NCBI GenBank assembly: GCA_965203225.1 | Contig: CBDBBW010000007.1 | Location: 423,574-487,573 of the forward strand | Length of the DNA: 64,000 bases | Direction of reading: 5' to 3' | From: Bdellovibrionales bacterium | GTDB lineage: Bacteria > Bdellovibrionota > Bdellovibrionia > Bdellovibrionales > UBA1609 | Shown here: positions 1-10,296 of the stretch, piece after piece | Numbering within the stretch: the first letter of the stretch is position 1 | How the letters are laid out: every line of letters begins with the position of its first letter | Translations under genes and position numbers: made by a program | Notes under the pieces: generated by a model | Databases searched by the model: none | Told to the model about the DNA's origin: nothing | The model's input: only the letters and a program-made list of their open reading frames with translations

Positions 1-2
1 AT

Positions 3-203
3 TGTCACTATTCTTCTAGGGATGCACGTTTCCGCTCGTCCGACTATTGTTATGTTCATGGACCTAATGTTTGGAATTACTGGGAAAATTTGAATGAAGA
101 TAGGATGTTTTATGATAGTGATTTTCCCGCCGGAGCGAGAATAAATGAAGATGAATGCAACAGAATTTGCGAGTCTGAAAAATGCAATCGGAACGGCGCT
201 TAA
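3..203 (+). CDS. 3' end of a cysteine-rich protein (partial, enters from upstream of window)
   Basis: Own translation of frame 3. The frame is open from the window edge to TAA 201-203: ...SDYCYVHGPNVWNYWENLNEDRMFYDSDFPAGARINEDECNRICESEKCNRNGA*. It is absent from the ORF track because it has no start in the window. No family recognised. Confidence 0.3.
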   Translation, partial: CHYSSRDARFRSSDYCYVHGPNVWNYWENLNEDRMFYDSDFPAGARINEDECNRICESEKCNRNGA

Positions 204-438
204 AGATGAAAAAAATTAAACCCGATAGCAACAGGATAGGTCATAAGTTAAGACGAACCACAGGATATGTTTTGCAAAAAATCAGTATAAACAATTTAGA
301 TTATTAGGTAAAAACCGGTAAAAGCAAAAAAGTTCTTGAAATGTATAAAAAAAGAGGGTTATAGTGTACATATTGCGCTTAGTTAATAAGGAAATTTGAA
401 TAGTGTTTTAAAAATTAAGTGATTTATAGGAGGTTTAA

Positions 439-1521
439 ATGAAAAAAATTTTAAAAAACAAATTATGGATTGTGTTAATTATATCCGGTTTTCTGGTTCT
501 ATTTTTTTCTTCCAACTGCACTCAGGAGGAGCCGAAGAGCAGTAGAACATCCCCCACCAAAGTCGATGGTGATACAAGCACAAAAACAACCTCAGATCTT
601 GATTGTACCCTTCCTTCATGCAGTGGTTCCTGTTGTGGAGATGATGAAGATTGCCGGGATAAGTGCACAGACAACTTTGATGATGGATTGGATGTTAGTA
701 GCTCTAACAGGGACAAGTGCTTCGACCTGAAAGAAGAGGATGTTAACTCTATTTTGGAGATAGTCGAAACGATAGACAACACGAACGAGGACGATCTGGC
801 TGCTCTGGGAGAAGAAGAAATAAGCTTGCTTTGTGCGGTCGGACGGGAAATAGAACATGAAATATTGGAGGACCGCTTTGATGATTACAATAGTCAAGGG
901 GCTCGCAGATTCCTGGGTTGGGCGGCAGAACAGCCTTATGTTCTGGAGATATTTGAAAACGTGGAAGACGATGAAGGTGCGCCTTTATTTCGAGACCTAT
1001 TACGTGCCGCCTCAAGTGAGAGTGGGGATTTAGGGATATTGGAGGGTTTGCTCGAAAAAGTGGACACGGAAGACGCGAGCAACCATGATGAAGATGATGA
1101 AACATATGTTGTGCGCTGGGCTTTCCAAGAAGATAATGAGGAACTTGCCCGGTGGATTCATGAGAACATTATTGCTGAAGAGGACGACGGGCTTTGTAGG
1201 GAGGCAAATTACCCTGTTATTGATGCGGGTGCAACAAACCCAATCCCTTCAGGAGAAACGGATTTTGCAGAACACGCTTGTGTTTTGGCTGTGTATTGTA
1301 AAATGGCTCCCAATGACAATAAGGATGATAATGAATTCCGAAAAGAGGTAGCGGAGGATGAAGATATAGGGGATAGTCCGGACGTGGAAGGATTTATAAG
1401 TGAAGCGGTTGCAAAAGGAGGTTTGGGCCTTAGTGATGAGATTGCTGACGAGTGGAGACATGAGGCTTGCGTTGGATTAAGGAGATTATGGAACGATGGT
1501 CCTCTTAATCTAGGCTTATAA
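439..1521 (+). CDS. secreted acidic cysteine-patterned protein, paralogue of 2095..3138
   Basis: AGGAGG at 428-433 lies 5 nt before the ATG. N-terminal signal peptide is KLWIVLIISGFLVLFFSSNC. It shares with 2095..3138 the motifs P.C.G..CC.....C...C.D.F, AC.LAVYC and a C-terminal GF(I).....GGL......D.W...AC..L..LW(N/D)DG.L...L. A terminator follows. Confidence 0.75.
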   Translation: MKKILKNKLWIVLIISGFLVLFFSSNCTQEEPKSSRTSPTKVDGDTSTKTTSDLDCTLPSCSGSCCGDDEDCRDKCTDNFDDGLDVSSSNRDKCFDLKEEDVNSILEIVETIDNTNEDDLAALGEEEISLLCAVGREIEHEILEDRFDDYNSQGARRFLGWAAEQPYVLEIFENVEDDEGAPLFRDLLRAASSESGDLGILEGLLEKVDTEDASNHDEDDETYVVRWAFQEDNEELARWIHENIIAEEDDGLCREANYPVIDAGATNPIPSGETDFAEHACVLAVYCKMAPNDNKDDNEFRKEVAEDEDIGDSPDVEGFISEAVAKGGLGLSDEIADEWRHEACVGLRRLWNDGPLNLGL

Positions 1522-1581
1522 TTAATTGTAATTAGGCAATAAAACTTAACTTTTTTTATGAATTTTATGGTTTAAGTAAAA

Positions 1582-1611
1582 GGGCAGACGAAAGAGTCTG
1601 CCCTTTTTTTT
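1582..1611 (+). terminator. rho-independent terminator after 439..1521
   Basis: Hairpin gggcagac-gaaaga-gtctgccc followed by a T8 run. Confidence 0.65.
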
Positions 1612-2094
1612 ATCACTGCTCGTCGGGAAAGTTGTTTTTATATTCTGTCTACTAGTGGTTTTTTTGTGATGTACCTTAGATGTGGTTTTGAATTGTAAAA
1701 GTTTGGAATTATAATAAAATTCTTTATGTCTGAATCAAGAGCAAAGCAGGGTCGCAGAAAAGTCCCGGCTTTTATGTGAAAAGGACAGACGAGAAAAAGC
1801 AGGAACTAATGATTCAGACCGATTAAACTGGACTTTGATATGGGTTCCGTTCTTCATGAAAATCACAAGTGTGATAAAGTGATCATGAATGCGTAGGTAT
1901 GTATGGAGACATTGGAAATTAATACATTTAGATGTCACTGTACAGCGTGATAAAATGGCGATGAATATGTTGATATAAAGAGAGGAGATGAGGAAAACTT
2001 TTGACATGAAATATTCATTTGTTCTTCAATTAGTCATAATAACTTGTCTATGTGGGAATAAAAAAGAAGACAGAATGAAAAAGAGAGGACAGGA

Positions 2095-3138
2095 ATGAAA
2101 ATTGTGCTGTTGGTTTTAACAAGCCTGCTTTTCTTGTCAGGCTGTGGTTCAAAAGGACAAAGTGATTCCTCCGTAAGCGGGAGTGAGGATGGGAATACTC
2201 AACAGGCTGTACCGGATGTGTCAACCGGATCCAGTTCTGTTCCTTCTGTCTCCACCTCCTCTTTTGCTCTTCCCGCCTGCGCGGGAAAGGATTGTTGTGA
2301 CCGGAATGCAGGTTGTGTTAGACAATGTGACGATATTTTTCCAACAAAAGAATCCAAGGAAGCCTGCTTTAATTTGCCTGTGGGTGAAGTGGCTAAAATA
2401 AAGGAGACACTTGGAGGTCTTTTAAAGACTCCCTCTTGGAATGATCTGAGAAATATTGAGTTACAGGTGTTGTGGTCCGCTCTTAAAATTTCCGAAAGAT
2501 CCTGGCTGAAAAAAATACATGATTATAATCGGAAAGAGGTAAAAACGGTCTTGCTGTGGCTGGCTGTACGGCCGGATATAAGTTTACTGGTTTTTGGCAA
2601 TCTGCCCAATTGGAAGGTACGTTCATTGATGATAGCCTTGTTCAGAAAAAACAGCTATTTACCTCCTCTTGTGGATGATAATGCTTTACTGTCCGGCCTG
2701 AAAGAGCCTGTAGAAGAGAAAAAGGATACTTTTTTAGAATTGGCTGTGAGGAAAAAAAACAAAAGTATGATATTGTTTCTGCATGAGCAGATAGTGAGAA
2801 ATCATATTTGTGATTATCCTATCAATCGCCCGCAGGCGGTTTACTCCAACGACCAAAATAAGTCCGCCTGTGCGCTGGCTGTGTATTGCCACCTAACGGG
2901 TTCTTATCTTGTGGGTGTTTACCAGACTCTGCCTTCAGTCCGCGATCAAAAAGCGGTACAAAAATTCAGAAAAGTTTTGGCTGATGAATCTAATGACGAG
3001 GGAATCGCCGGATTTATTCAGGATACTTTGGATAGAGGGGGTCTGGCCATTACGGAGGACGCAGTTGACTGGCCGGATTCAGCCTGTTTCAAGCTGGGAG
3101 AGCTTTGGGATGATGGAAATTTAAAATTTAATTTGTAA
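2095..3138 (+). CDS. lipoprotein, cysteine-patterned, paralogue of 439..1521
   Basis: Signal peptide with canonical lipobox LFLSGC. Cysteine pattern CAGKDCCDRNAGCVRQCDDIF, ACALAVYC and the C-terminal GFIQDTLDRGGLAITEDAVDWPDSACFKLGELWDDGNL align with the upstream gene. Confidence 0.8.
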   Translation: MKIVLLVLTSLLFLSGCGSKGQSDSSVSGSEDGNTQQAVPDVSTGSSSVPSVSTSSFALPACAGKDCCDRNAGCVRQCDDIFPTKESKEACFNLPVGEVAKIKETLGGLLKTPSWNDLRNIELQVLWSALKISERSWLKKIHDYNRKEVKTVLLWLAVRPDISLLVFGNLPNWKVRSLMIALFRKNSYLPPLVDDNALLSGLKEPVEEKKDTFLELAVRKKNKSMILFLHEQIVRNHICDYPINRPQAVYSNDQNKSACALAVYCHLTGSYLVGVYQTLPSVRDQKAVQKFRKVLADESNDEGIAGFIQDTLDRGGLAITEDAVDWPDSACFKLGELWDDGNLKFNL

Positions 3139-3196
3139 TTTTTCAACTTGATAACAGTGAAAGCAAATATTTTTGTAGTAGCTGAGTTAAGTGCTA

Positions 3197-3313
3197 CTCG
3201 CGACTGTTCGTTGTTTGTGATCCTATCCTATGCGTTTCCTGTTTAATGGAAATGTATATTTAAGTGTTCTGGCTCGTGACTGTTCGTTGTTTGTGATCCT
3301 GACCCTATGCGTT
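3197..3313. repeat. two copies of a ~45-bp conserved core spaced 76 bp apart
   Basis: ctcgYgactgttcgttgtttgtgatcct..cctatgcgtt starts at 3197 and at 3273. Confidence 0.7.
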
Positions 3314-3350
3314 AGCCTTATTGGATTGCATTGGCTTCATCTTCAAATTG

Positions 3351-3828
3351 TCTATATCTGTAGTCTGTAGTTTGTCCTGTAGTTTATAATCTGTATTCTA
3401 GTCTGTTATTTATAGTTTATAGCCTGTAGTTTATAATCTGTAATCTGTAATCTGTAATCTGTCCTGTAGTTTATAGTCTTGTAGTCTGTAGTCTGTAGTC
3501 TGTAATCTGTAATCTGTTGTTTATAGTTTGTAGTCTGTCCTGTAGTTTATAGTCTGTATTCTAGTCTGTAGTTTATAGTCTGTAGTCTGTAATCTGTAGT
3601 TTATAGTCTGTAGCCTGTCCTGTAGTTTATAGTCTGTAGTTTATAGTTTATAGTTTATAGTTTATAGTTTTATAGTTTATAGTTTATAGTTTATAGTTTT
3701 ATAGTTTATAGTTTATAGTTTATAGTCTGTAATCTGTCCTGTAGTTTATAGTCTGTATTCTAGCCTGTATTCTAGTCTGTAGTCTGTCCTGTAGTTTATA
3801 GTCTGTATTCTAGTCTATAGTCTGTTAT
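3351..3828. repeat. ~480-bp degenerate heptanucleotide microsatellite (TAGTCTG / TAGTTTA / TAATCTG family)
   Basis: Read directly. The core at about 3636-3722 is (tagttta)4 plus an extra t, repeated three times, giving a 29-bp super-period. It lies between convergent gene ends. Confidence 0.9.
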
Positions 3829-3878
3829 GTGCCCCTCATTTTCGAATAAGTACACAAAATAATTGCAAGCAAATATTT

Positions 3879-5168
3879 TTATTTTTCAGAGTTTGGTTCA
3901 GATTTTGTGTTGTCCTCTTCTGTCCATTCTATTTTGTTCTCTTCCATTTGCTCCGCTTCGGTTAAGGCTTTTTCCGCTTCCTGTTGAATACGGAGGTCTT
4001 CCTCCGGATTTTCGAAAATGCTGTTTACGGACTCCGCTTCTTCAATGATTTGTGACTCAAAGCGGTTTTGTGGTTCATCAAACATATCCTTCATTTTTTT
4101 GTCTTTTTCTCCTCCCAGTTTTACAATGAGGGAAGCCAGAAAAGAATAGCCCCTGGAATAATTAGTGCCGTTGATATCTATGTCTCCTGAAAGCCGCAAA
4201 GTTACATAAGGAAAGTGCCAGCCTAGCCAGCCTGTAAAACCAATCACGCCCGGATTGGCTGAGAAAAATCTCAAGCTGGCCGCATTGGTTCGCGTGAGTA
4301 TTTGAGTACGATCCCCCAGCCGGGCAGAGGATTGATCGCGGATCACAGACCAAAAGCCATAAGAATAAAATCCCACTTCGGCAATGTCCGCTTTTAACAT
4401 AAGCCCTAGTTTCCACTGCAGAAGAGAGGACAGGAATTGGGTGCGTAATTGAAAACCCGTATAAGCAAAAGGATACAGTATGTTTTCTATCACTCCATAT
4501 ATCCACAGGGCTGGGGTGAAATGCAGGCTTCCATCATCCGTAATAGGCTTTTCCGTATACTTGTTTACAAGGAAAAAAGGAAAGGAAAAGCTAAATTCCG
4601 GTATAAAGCCAAAATTGTTGTGTATATTTTGTTGACTACGGACAGCCGCTCCCATTCTTTTTATTTGAGGGCCGGAGAACCGAAGCCTTTGTCCGTTTCC
4701 GCTTTGCGCGAACCAGAATCCACTGGAAAATACATCCACTTCAAACCAGTCGGTCAGAGCGTACCCCAGACTTAGCTCCATGCTCATGTACTGAAAGAAG
4801 GGAGTGGAGAAGTTGTTGTCCACGAGACCAAGTGACTGGCGTAAGGATTGAGATCGGAAACTTTGTGTGTAGTTGCTTTCCGTGTAGTAATAGCCTGTGT
4901 TAAGTTCCGTATAAAATGCGCCTCTGCCGTGAGAAAGGGGCAAAGTGAGTGAATCCTCCCCCGCATTGGATGGAAGGGAAAACAGAAACAGAAAATAGAA
5001 AAGGCTTAAGCGGATTTTTTTTAAAATGGCTTGAATAGCGTAAAAAAAACGGAAAAAATCAGACTTTTCATTGATTTTCCGGTTTAAAATTTTCGCTTTC
5101 CATATATGCCTGATTATGGAAGAAAAAGCTTGAGCAAAGGACAAAAAGGATCGACAAAATTTTTTCAT
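3879..5168 (-). CDS. outer-membrane beta-barrel-like protein with acidic C-terminal tail
   Basis: Internal signal-like segment LSLFYFLFLFSLPSNA, so the true start is probably downstream of the annotated M. Alternating aromatic/polar strands follow (FYTELNTGYYYTESNY, GFYSYGFW). The tail is E/D-rich. No specific family recognised. Confidence 0.6.
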   Translation of the reverse strand: MKKFCRSFLSFAQAFSSIIRHIWKAKILNRKINEKSDFFRFFYAIQAILKKIRLSLFYFLFLFSLPSNAGEDSLTLPLSHGRGAFYTELNTGYYYTESNYTQSFRSQSLRQSLGLVDNNFSTPFFQYMSMELSLGYALTDWFEVDVFSSGFWFAQSGNGQRLRFSGPQIKRMGAAVRSQQNIHNNFGFIPEFSFSFPFFLVNKYTEKPITDDGSLHFTPALWIYGVIENILYPFAYTGFQLRTQFLSSLLQWKLGLMLKADIAEVGFYSYGFWSVIRDQSSARLGDRTQILTRTNAASLRFFSANPGVIGFTGWLGWHFPYVTLRLSGDIDINGTNYSRGYSFLASLIVKLGGEKDKKMKDMFDEPQNRFESQIIEEAESVNSIFENPEEDLRIQQEAEKALTEAEQMEENKIEWTEEDNTKSEPNSEK

Positions 5169-5333
5169 TTTTTGTTACATAAAAATTACAATAATTAATA
5201 ATTGTTTAAATAATAAGACCAAATAAGCCGAAAAATCAAGATAAAATCCAAATACTGTTTGGTTTATTATATTGAGGTATAAAGTTGTAGTCCAGTAAAA
5301 GCTGAACCGGGCGGAATAAGTTGAGAAGTAATT

Positions 5334-7238
5334 ATGAAAAGGAAAGTTTTAATTGTTGAAGATGATAAAAATTTTGCGGACAGCCTGGAGAATATTTTTA
5401 CCAAGAAAAATATCACCGTAAAAACCAGTCTCTCTGTCAAGCAGGCGGAGCATTTCATATCTTTGGAAAAATATGATCTACTCATAGTGGATGTGGTTTT
5501 GCCGAAAGTAAATGGAATTGACTTTTTAAAGAAAGTGATTCCTCAAGGGTTTCTACACTCCGGTTGCAAAATATGGATTATCTCCGGTGTGTTCAACCAA
5601 AATATTGTATCAAAAGAGATAATGAACCATGTAGACGCTTTTTTGAAAAAACCTTTAAATTTACACTCCATTGAAAAAAATATAGATACTTTATTTAATC
5701 CTGTTGAAACTCAGACGAACAATCTGCCCTTTTTTTACCTTAATTCAATAAATGAAAAAAATGCCTTGGAAAATAAAAAGTACCTTATTAAAGGCCATGA
5801 GCTTATGTTCATTTATTTTTACCTGTGTTTCATACGTTTTAGTGGGACATTGGAGCTTCATTATCAAGGGAGCACGGATCAGATTTTATTTAGAGACGGT
5901 AATATCTGTAGTTTTAAGTCCGAGGATAAAGAATCTTACCTGGGAGTCTTACTGGTTAAAAATAATTTGGTGGGAAAGGAAGATATAAAAAAACTGTTGA
6001 GAGAGGAAACCGATATCCCTTTAGGCGAGCGCCTTGTAACTGGTTGTTATGTCAGCCCTCATCACTTGCAAAAAATTTTGAGAGAGCAGTTGGCTATCCG
6101 GCTGTTTAAAGCAATGAGTCCTTCGTCCGTAACAATCATCTGTTGCAATTTTGTCACTTCCAAAAAAAGAAATTACGCTGTTGAACTGAATATAAAGGAT
6201 CTTTTCTCTCTAGTGGATAATTGGGTGAAATCCAAAGTGAATATACAGTGGTTAAAAGATTTTTTTGACAATAACAAGGAACTGTATATTAAACCTTTAA
6301 CAAAACCGCCGAACGCGAAACAGTTCATCCACTATCCCGGTCTGAAGTTTTTAGCCTCCTCACCCATAAAAGGATCAAAAACAGTAGAGGAGGTTCTGAA
6401 TGATATGGATAATATGACAGAAGATAATGCCATACGGGAGCTTTATTGCCGACTTTTGGTAAAGGAGAGTTGTTTTGATTACACTGTGGGTAAGAATATA
6501 TCCAAAAATAGTTATGGATTCGTGGAGAAGCAGTATAAAACTTTTCTTAGGGACGCGGGTACGAAAAATTATTTCGAACTACTGAATCTGCCATTGAATA
6601 GCTCCCTTAGTAATATAGAGGAGGCATACAGAAACATGGTGAAAATTTTTCATCCGGACCGACGCGACCGTAATATGCCAGAGGAAATAACGAAACTGTG
6701 TGACCAATGTTTTTTTTTAGTGAACAAAATACATCAAACTTTAATTGATCCAAATAAGAAAGAACAATATCTGAAAAAGCTGGCAGCGGACCACAACAAG
6801 GACAGTTTTACAATTAGATCAGCTTATGTGAGAGGAAAGACAGATCTGGAAAAAGGTTGTTACGCTGAGGCCTTAGAGCAGTTTGAGTCTATTGTTAAAA
6901 GCCGATTTGCTCCCGGAGATACAGTATTGTTTTATATATGGTCTATTATAAAGCACAAGAAATTCGCAATAGATCAGGAAGAAAAAAATAAAATTGTGAA
7001 GCTTTTTGATAGTGTAGGTCTGGAGCACAGGCAAAGCTCGGTGTTTTTTTTCGTTAAAGGTTTATTTATGAAAGCATTCAGAAATAAAGAAGCCGCTTTT
7101 AATTACTTTACGAAGGCGCTTTTACTGGATTCCAAGCTGACGGTAGCTCGCGTGGAAAAGCACTCCCTAGGTCCTGTAGGTCCTGTGCAAAAGAAAAGCC
7201 TGAAATCATTTATGGATTTATTTAAAAAAAGCTCTTGA
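5334..7238 (+). CDS. response-regulator receiver domain fused to a J-domain (DnaJ-like) and TPR-like C-terminus
   Basis: The N-terminus KVLIVEDDKNFADSL...DLLIVDVVLPKVNGIDFLKK is a CheY-like receiver. YFELLNLPLNSSLSNIEEAYRNMVKIFHPDR is a J-domain with HPD. The C-terminus is helical and TPR-like. Confidence 0.8.
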   Translation: MKRKVLIVEDDKNFADSLENIFTKKNITVKTSLSVKQAEHFISLEKYDLLIVDVVLPKVNGIDFLKKVIPQGFLHSGCKIWIISGVFNQNIVSKEIMNHVDAFLKKPLNLHSIEKNIDTLFNPVETQTNNLPFFYLNSINEKNALENKKYLIKGHELMFIYFYLCFIRFSGTLELHYQGSTDQILFRDGNICSFKSEDKESYLGVLLVKNNLVGKEDIKKLLREETDIPLGERLVTGCYVSPHHLQKILREQLAIRLFKAMSPSSVTIICCNFVTSKKRNYAVELNIKDLFSLVDNWVKSKVNIQWLKDFFDNNKELYIKPLTKPPNAKQFIHYPGLKFLASSPIKGSKTVEEVLNDMDNMTEDNAIRELYCRLLVKESCFDYTVGKNISKNSYGFVEKQYKTFLRDAGTKNYFELLNLPLNSSLSNIEEAYRNMVKIFHPDRRDRNMPEEITKLCDQCFFLVNKIHQTLIDPNKKEQYLKKLAADHNKDSFTIRSAYVRGKTDLEKGCYAEALEQFESIVKSRFAPGDTVLFYIWSIIKHKKFAIDQEEKNKIVKLFDSVGLEHRQSSVFFFVKGLFMKAFRNKEAAFNYFTKALLLDSKLTVARVEKHSLGPVGPVQKKSLKSFMDLFKKSS

Positions 7239-7251
7239 GTTTTTCACACAA

Positions 7252-8367
7252 TTAAAACAGATATTGGCGGTAGGAAACGGAGGAAATCACCCCCAGCGCT
7301 GTCATTGTGGTTAACAGACCGGAGCCTCCATAAGAAAGCAGGGGTAGAGGAATCCCCACCACCGGCAAAAGCCCCATTGTCATTCCAATATTGATAAAGA
7401 TATGCCAAAACATATAAAACGACATACCGACGCATAAAAACACTCCCACTTTGTCCTTGGACTGAAATGCGGTGCGAAAACCAATGATAATAAGAAATAA
7501 GAATAAGGCAATGGTGACAACGCTTCCGGTAAATCCATGCTCCTCACTTAGCACACTGAAAATAAAATCGGTGTGGCGCTCAGGCAGAAACTCCAATTGA
7601 GATTGTGTTCCTTTTTGAAATCCTTTCCCCAAAAACTGCCCGCTGCCTATGGCAATCTTTGATTGAATTGTGTTGTAGCCTGTGCCTCTTGGATCACGTC
7701 CGGGAGAAATAAAAGTTAAAATTCTGTTTTTTTGATAGTCTTTAAGTATGAAATTCCATGCCAAAGGGGAAATACATAAAATAAATAAAACGGAGGAGAA
7801 TAAAATATTTTTATGCACTTTTGCGAATATAATAATGGAACTGGCAATAATAAGCGTGATGAGTGCTGTTCCTAAGTCTGGCTGAAAAATAATAAGCACC
7901 ACAGGGATAAGAATGAGGAAGAGAGGTTTTAACAACTCATTTAAAGTCATGGACCTCCAGCTTCTCTTGGTGGATAAAATTCGTGCTAAAATAAAAATAA
8001 GAATGATTTTAAATGTTTCGGAAGGTTGATAATTAAATAAACCTAAATCCAGCCATCTTCGGGAACCGCCGAACACGCTCCCGAAAAAAGACACCATGAT
8101 CAGACAAATCAGGTTTATTCCGTAGAGGAAGTAAGCGATCCTCGTAAACACATGGTAATTAATAAAGGAAGTGCAAAAAAATATGCAAAGTCCCAAGGCA
8201 ATCCAAATTAACTGCAGATAAAACAAATGAGTGGTGGTGGAATGGGCGCGATGGGAAATACTGTATAAATTAATTAATCCAATGATTAAAAGTGTTACTA
8301 TGGTGATAACCATAATCCAATTGAGTTTTTTTATTATGCTTAAGCTTTTGGGATCTTGTATTTTCAT
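7252..8367 (-). CDS. rodA: SEDS-family peptidoglycan polymerase RodA
   Basis: Multipass membrane protein with the SEDS signature GSGQFLGKGFQKGTQSQLEFLPERHTDFIFSVLSEEHGF. It lies directly downstream of PBP2. Confidence 0.9.
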   Translation of the reverse strand: MKIQDPKSLSIIKKLNWIMVITIVTLLIIGLINLYSISHRAHSTTTHLFYLQLIWIALGLCIFFCTSFINYHVFTRIAYFLYGINLICLIMVSFFGSVFGGSRRWLDLGLFNYQPSETFKIILIFILARILSTKRSWRSMTLNELLKPLFLILIPVVLIIFQPDLGTALITLIIASSIIIFAKVHKNILFSSVLFILCISPLAWNFILKDYQKNRILTFISPGRDPRGTGYNTIQSKIAIGSGQFLGKGFQKGTQSQLEFLPERHTDFIFSVLSEEHGFTGSVVTIALFLFLIIIGFRTAFQSKDKVGVFLCVGMSFYMFWHIFINIGMTMGLLPVVGIPLPLLSYGGSGLLTTMTALGVISSVSYRQYLF

Positions 8368-8370
8368 TTT

Positions 8371-10296
8371 TTAATCCCTGTCGCTTTGAAGAAAGTTGTT
8401 TCGGTCTTTTTTGTTTTTGAAGTAAAAGTGCATAATGTCCCGGGCAATCGGTGCGGATCCACTGGACCCGGAGCAAGAGTGCTCCGTCAGGACGGAGACT
8501 GTTATTTCTGGTTTTTCCGCCGGGGCCATAGCCACGAACCAGCCGTGATGTCTTTGCTCCATCGGCCTTAAGCGGCATTTTTCATGGATGCTTTCCTTTG
8601 AAAAAGACATGACTTGCGCCGTGCCTGTCTTGCCGGCCGTCTCCACTTCCTTGATTTTCCACCATCTGGCTGTTCCCTGAGAGCCGTGCAGAACCTGTTT
8701 TAGAGCTTTTTGAATAGTTTTGAAATGTCTTTCCTCTATTTCATTAATGGTTTTAATGATTGTGGGCTGAAAAGTTCGAATTTTTTTATCCTTATTATCC
8801 TTAAATTCCGTGATTTTTTTTACCACGAATGGCTGTACGATTTTTCCTGAGGTGGCAATGGCATTGTACGCAACAGCCATCTGTAATGGAGTAACCAGAG
8901 TAAAACCCTGGCCAATGGCGTGGACTAAATTTTCGCCCGGCTGCCAGGCTTCTCCCAAGTACTTCTTTTTCCATTTTGAGTCAGGGACAAATCCTGCCAC
9001 TTCCTCCTCCATTTTGATATTTGTTTTTTTTCCCAAGTGAAACAGCTTCGCGTATTTTGTCATTGTGTCAATACCCATTTCCATTCCCAATTTGTAAAAA
9101 AAGACATTGGCTGATCTTTCAATGGCGGAAACAATATTAATGGAGCCGTGTCCTGTTTTTCTGTAGTCATGGTAAGTTCTTCGTCCAAAGATGATTTTGT
9201 GTGGTGATTCCAGTAAAGTGTGCTCCGTGAGAATATTCTCCTGTAGGGCGGCCAAAGCGATAATGGGTTTCAGTACGGAACCGGGGGCGTAGTGATCCTG
9301 TATCAGTTTGTTTCTCAACGGTTTGGTGGGGTCGTGTGCCAGCTTCATCCATTCCGCGGTGGAAAGCCCCATTGAAAAAACGTTTGGATTGTAGGAGGGG
9401 TGAGAGACCCAGGCCAGAATTTCTCCGTTGTTTTTCATAACCACGGCGGAACCGTGGCGGGGACCGATTTTATCCTTTCTTAAAAAACTGGAATATAATT
9501 TTTCCTGCAATTCCTTGTCAATGGTAAGGGTTAGGTTTTTGCCCTTCTGATATGGTTTTGGCTCTAGCCCGGCGATGTTGGATAGAGACTTACGATTATG
9601 CACATCCACCTCCACAAATTCAAAGCCGTCTTTTCCTTTCAGTTCATATTCCCAAACCAACTCCAATCCACTTTTTCCAATAAGGTCCCCGGCCTGAAAA
9701 TGAAAAAGGTCTCCGTATTTTTTATTGAACTTCGGGATTTGTTCTTTTGTGATTTCACTTAAGTAACCAAATAAATGAGCGCCGTTTTTCTTTAACGGAT
9801 AATGCCTCATAATAGTGGTTTGAATATCTATTCCTGTGTAATCCCATTGTAAAAATTTTAAGCGCACCACCTGATTTAAAGTTAAGTGTTTTTTAATGAC
9901 GACCGGTCGGAAAGGGCCGTATTTTTTCCCCCCTGTTTTGACTTTTTCAATGATATGTCGGGGTGCAATTCTGATAATAGTGGAAATATCCTTAGCCGCT
10001 TTTTCCGGATCTTTCATGTATTGAGGTGTAATGGTCAACTGTAGATCCAGCAGGTTGTCCACCAAAATATTGTTATAGCGGTCAAAAATAAGCCCTCTTG
10101 GAGCTGGAATTTTTGTTTCCTTCAGCCGGTTTATTTCAGAGTATTTTCTCAATTTTTCCCCGTGAATGATTTGCAAATACCACAACCGGCTGATTAAAAT
10201 CAGTCCGGCTCCCGCCACAATAACCCAGCTGACTTTCTTCCATCTATGGACTATATCTGTCAGCTCCTCTTCCATGCGGGAAAGAGTCTCTCTCAT
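8371..10296 (-). CDS. mrdA: penicillin-binding protein 2 (elongasome transpeptidase)
   Basis: N-terminal TM anchor. Transpeptidase motifs are SVLK (SxxK), SAN (SxN) and KTGT. It sits in mreC-mreD-mrdA-rodA order. Confidence 0.9.
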   Translation of the reverse strand: MRETLSRMEEELTDIVHRWKKVSWVIVAGAGLILISRLWYLQIIHGEKLRKYSEINRLKETKIPAPRGLIFDRYNNILVDNLLDLQLTITPQYMKDPEKAAKDISTIIRIAPRHIIEKVKTGGKKYGPFRPVVIKKHLTLNQVVRLKFLQWDYTGIDIQTTIMRHYPLKKNGAHLFGYLSEITKEQIPKFNKKYGDLFHFQAGDLIGKSGLELVWEYELKGKDGFEFVEVDVHNRKSLSNIAGLEPKPYQKGKNLTLTIDKELQEKLYSSFLRKDKIGPRHGSAVVMKNNGEILAWVSHPSYNPNVFSMGLSTAEWMKLAHDPTKPLRNKLIQDHYAPGSVLKPIIALAALQENILTEHTLLESPHKIIFGRRTYHDYRKTGHGSINIVSAIERSANVFFYKLGMEMGIDTMTKYAKLFHLGKKTNIKMEEEVAGFVPDSKWKKKYLGEAWQPGENLVHAIGQGFTLVTPLQMAVAYNAIATSGKIVQPFVVKKITEFKDNKDKKIRTFQPTIIKTINEIEERHFKTIQKALKQVLHGSQGTARWWKIKEVETAGKTGTAQVMSFSKESIHEKCRLRPMEQRHHGWFVAMAPAEKPEITVSVLTEHSCSGSSGSAPIARDIMHFYFKNKKDRNNFLQSDRD

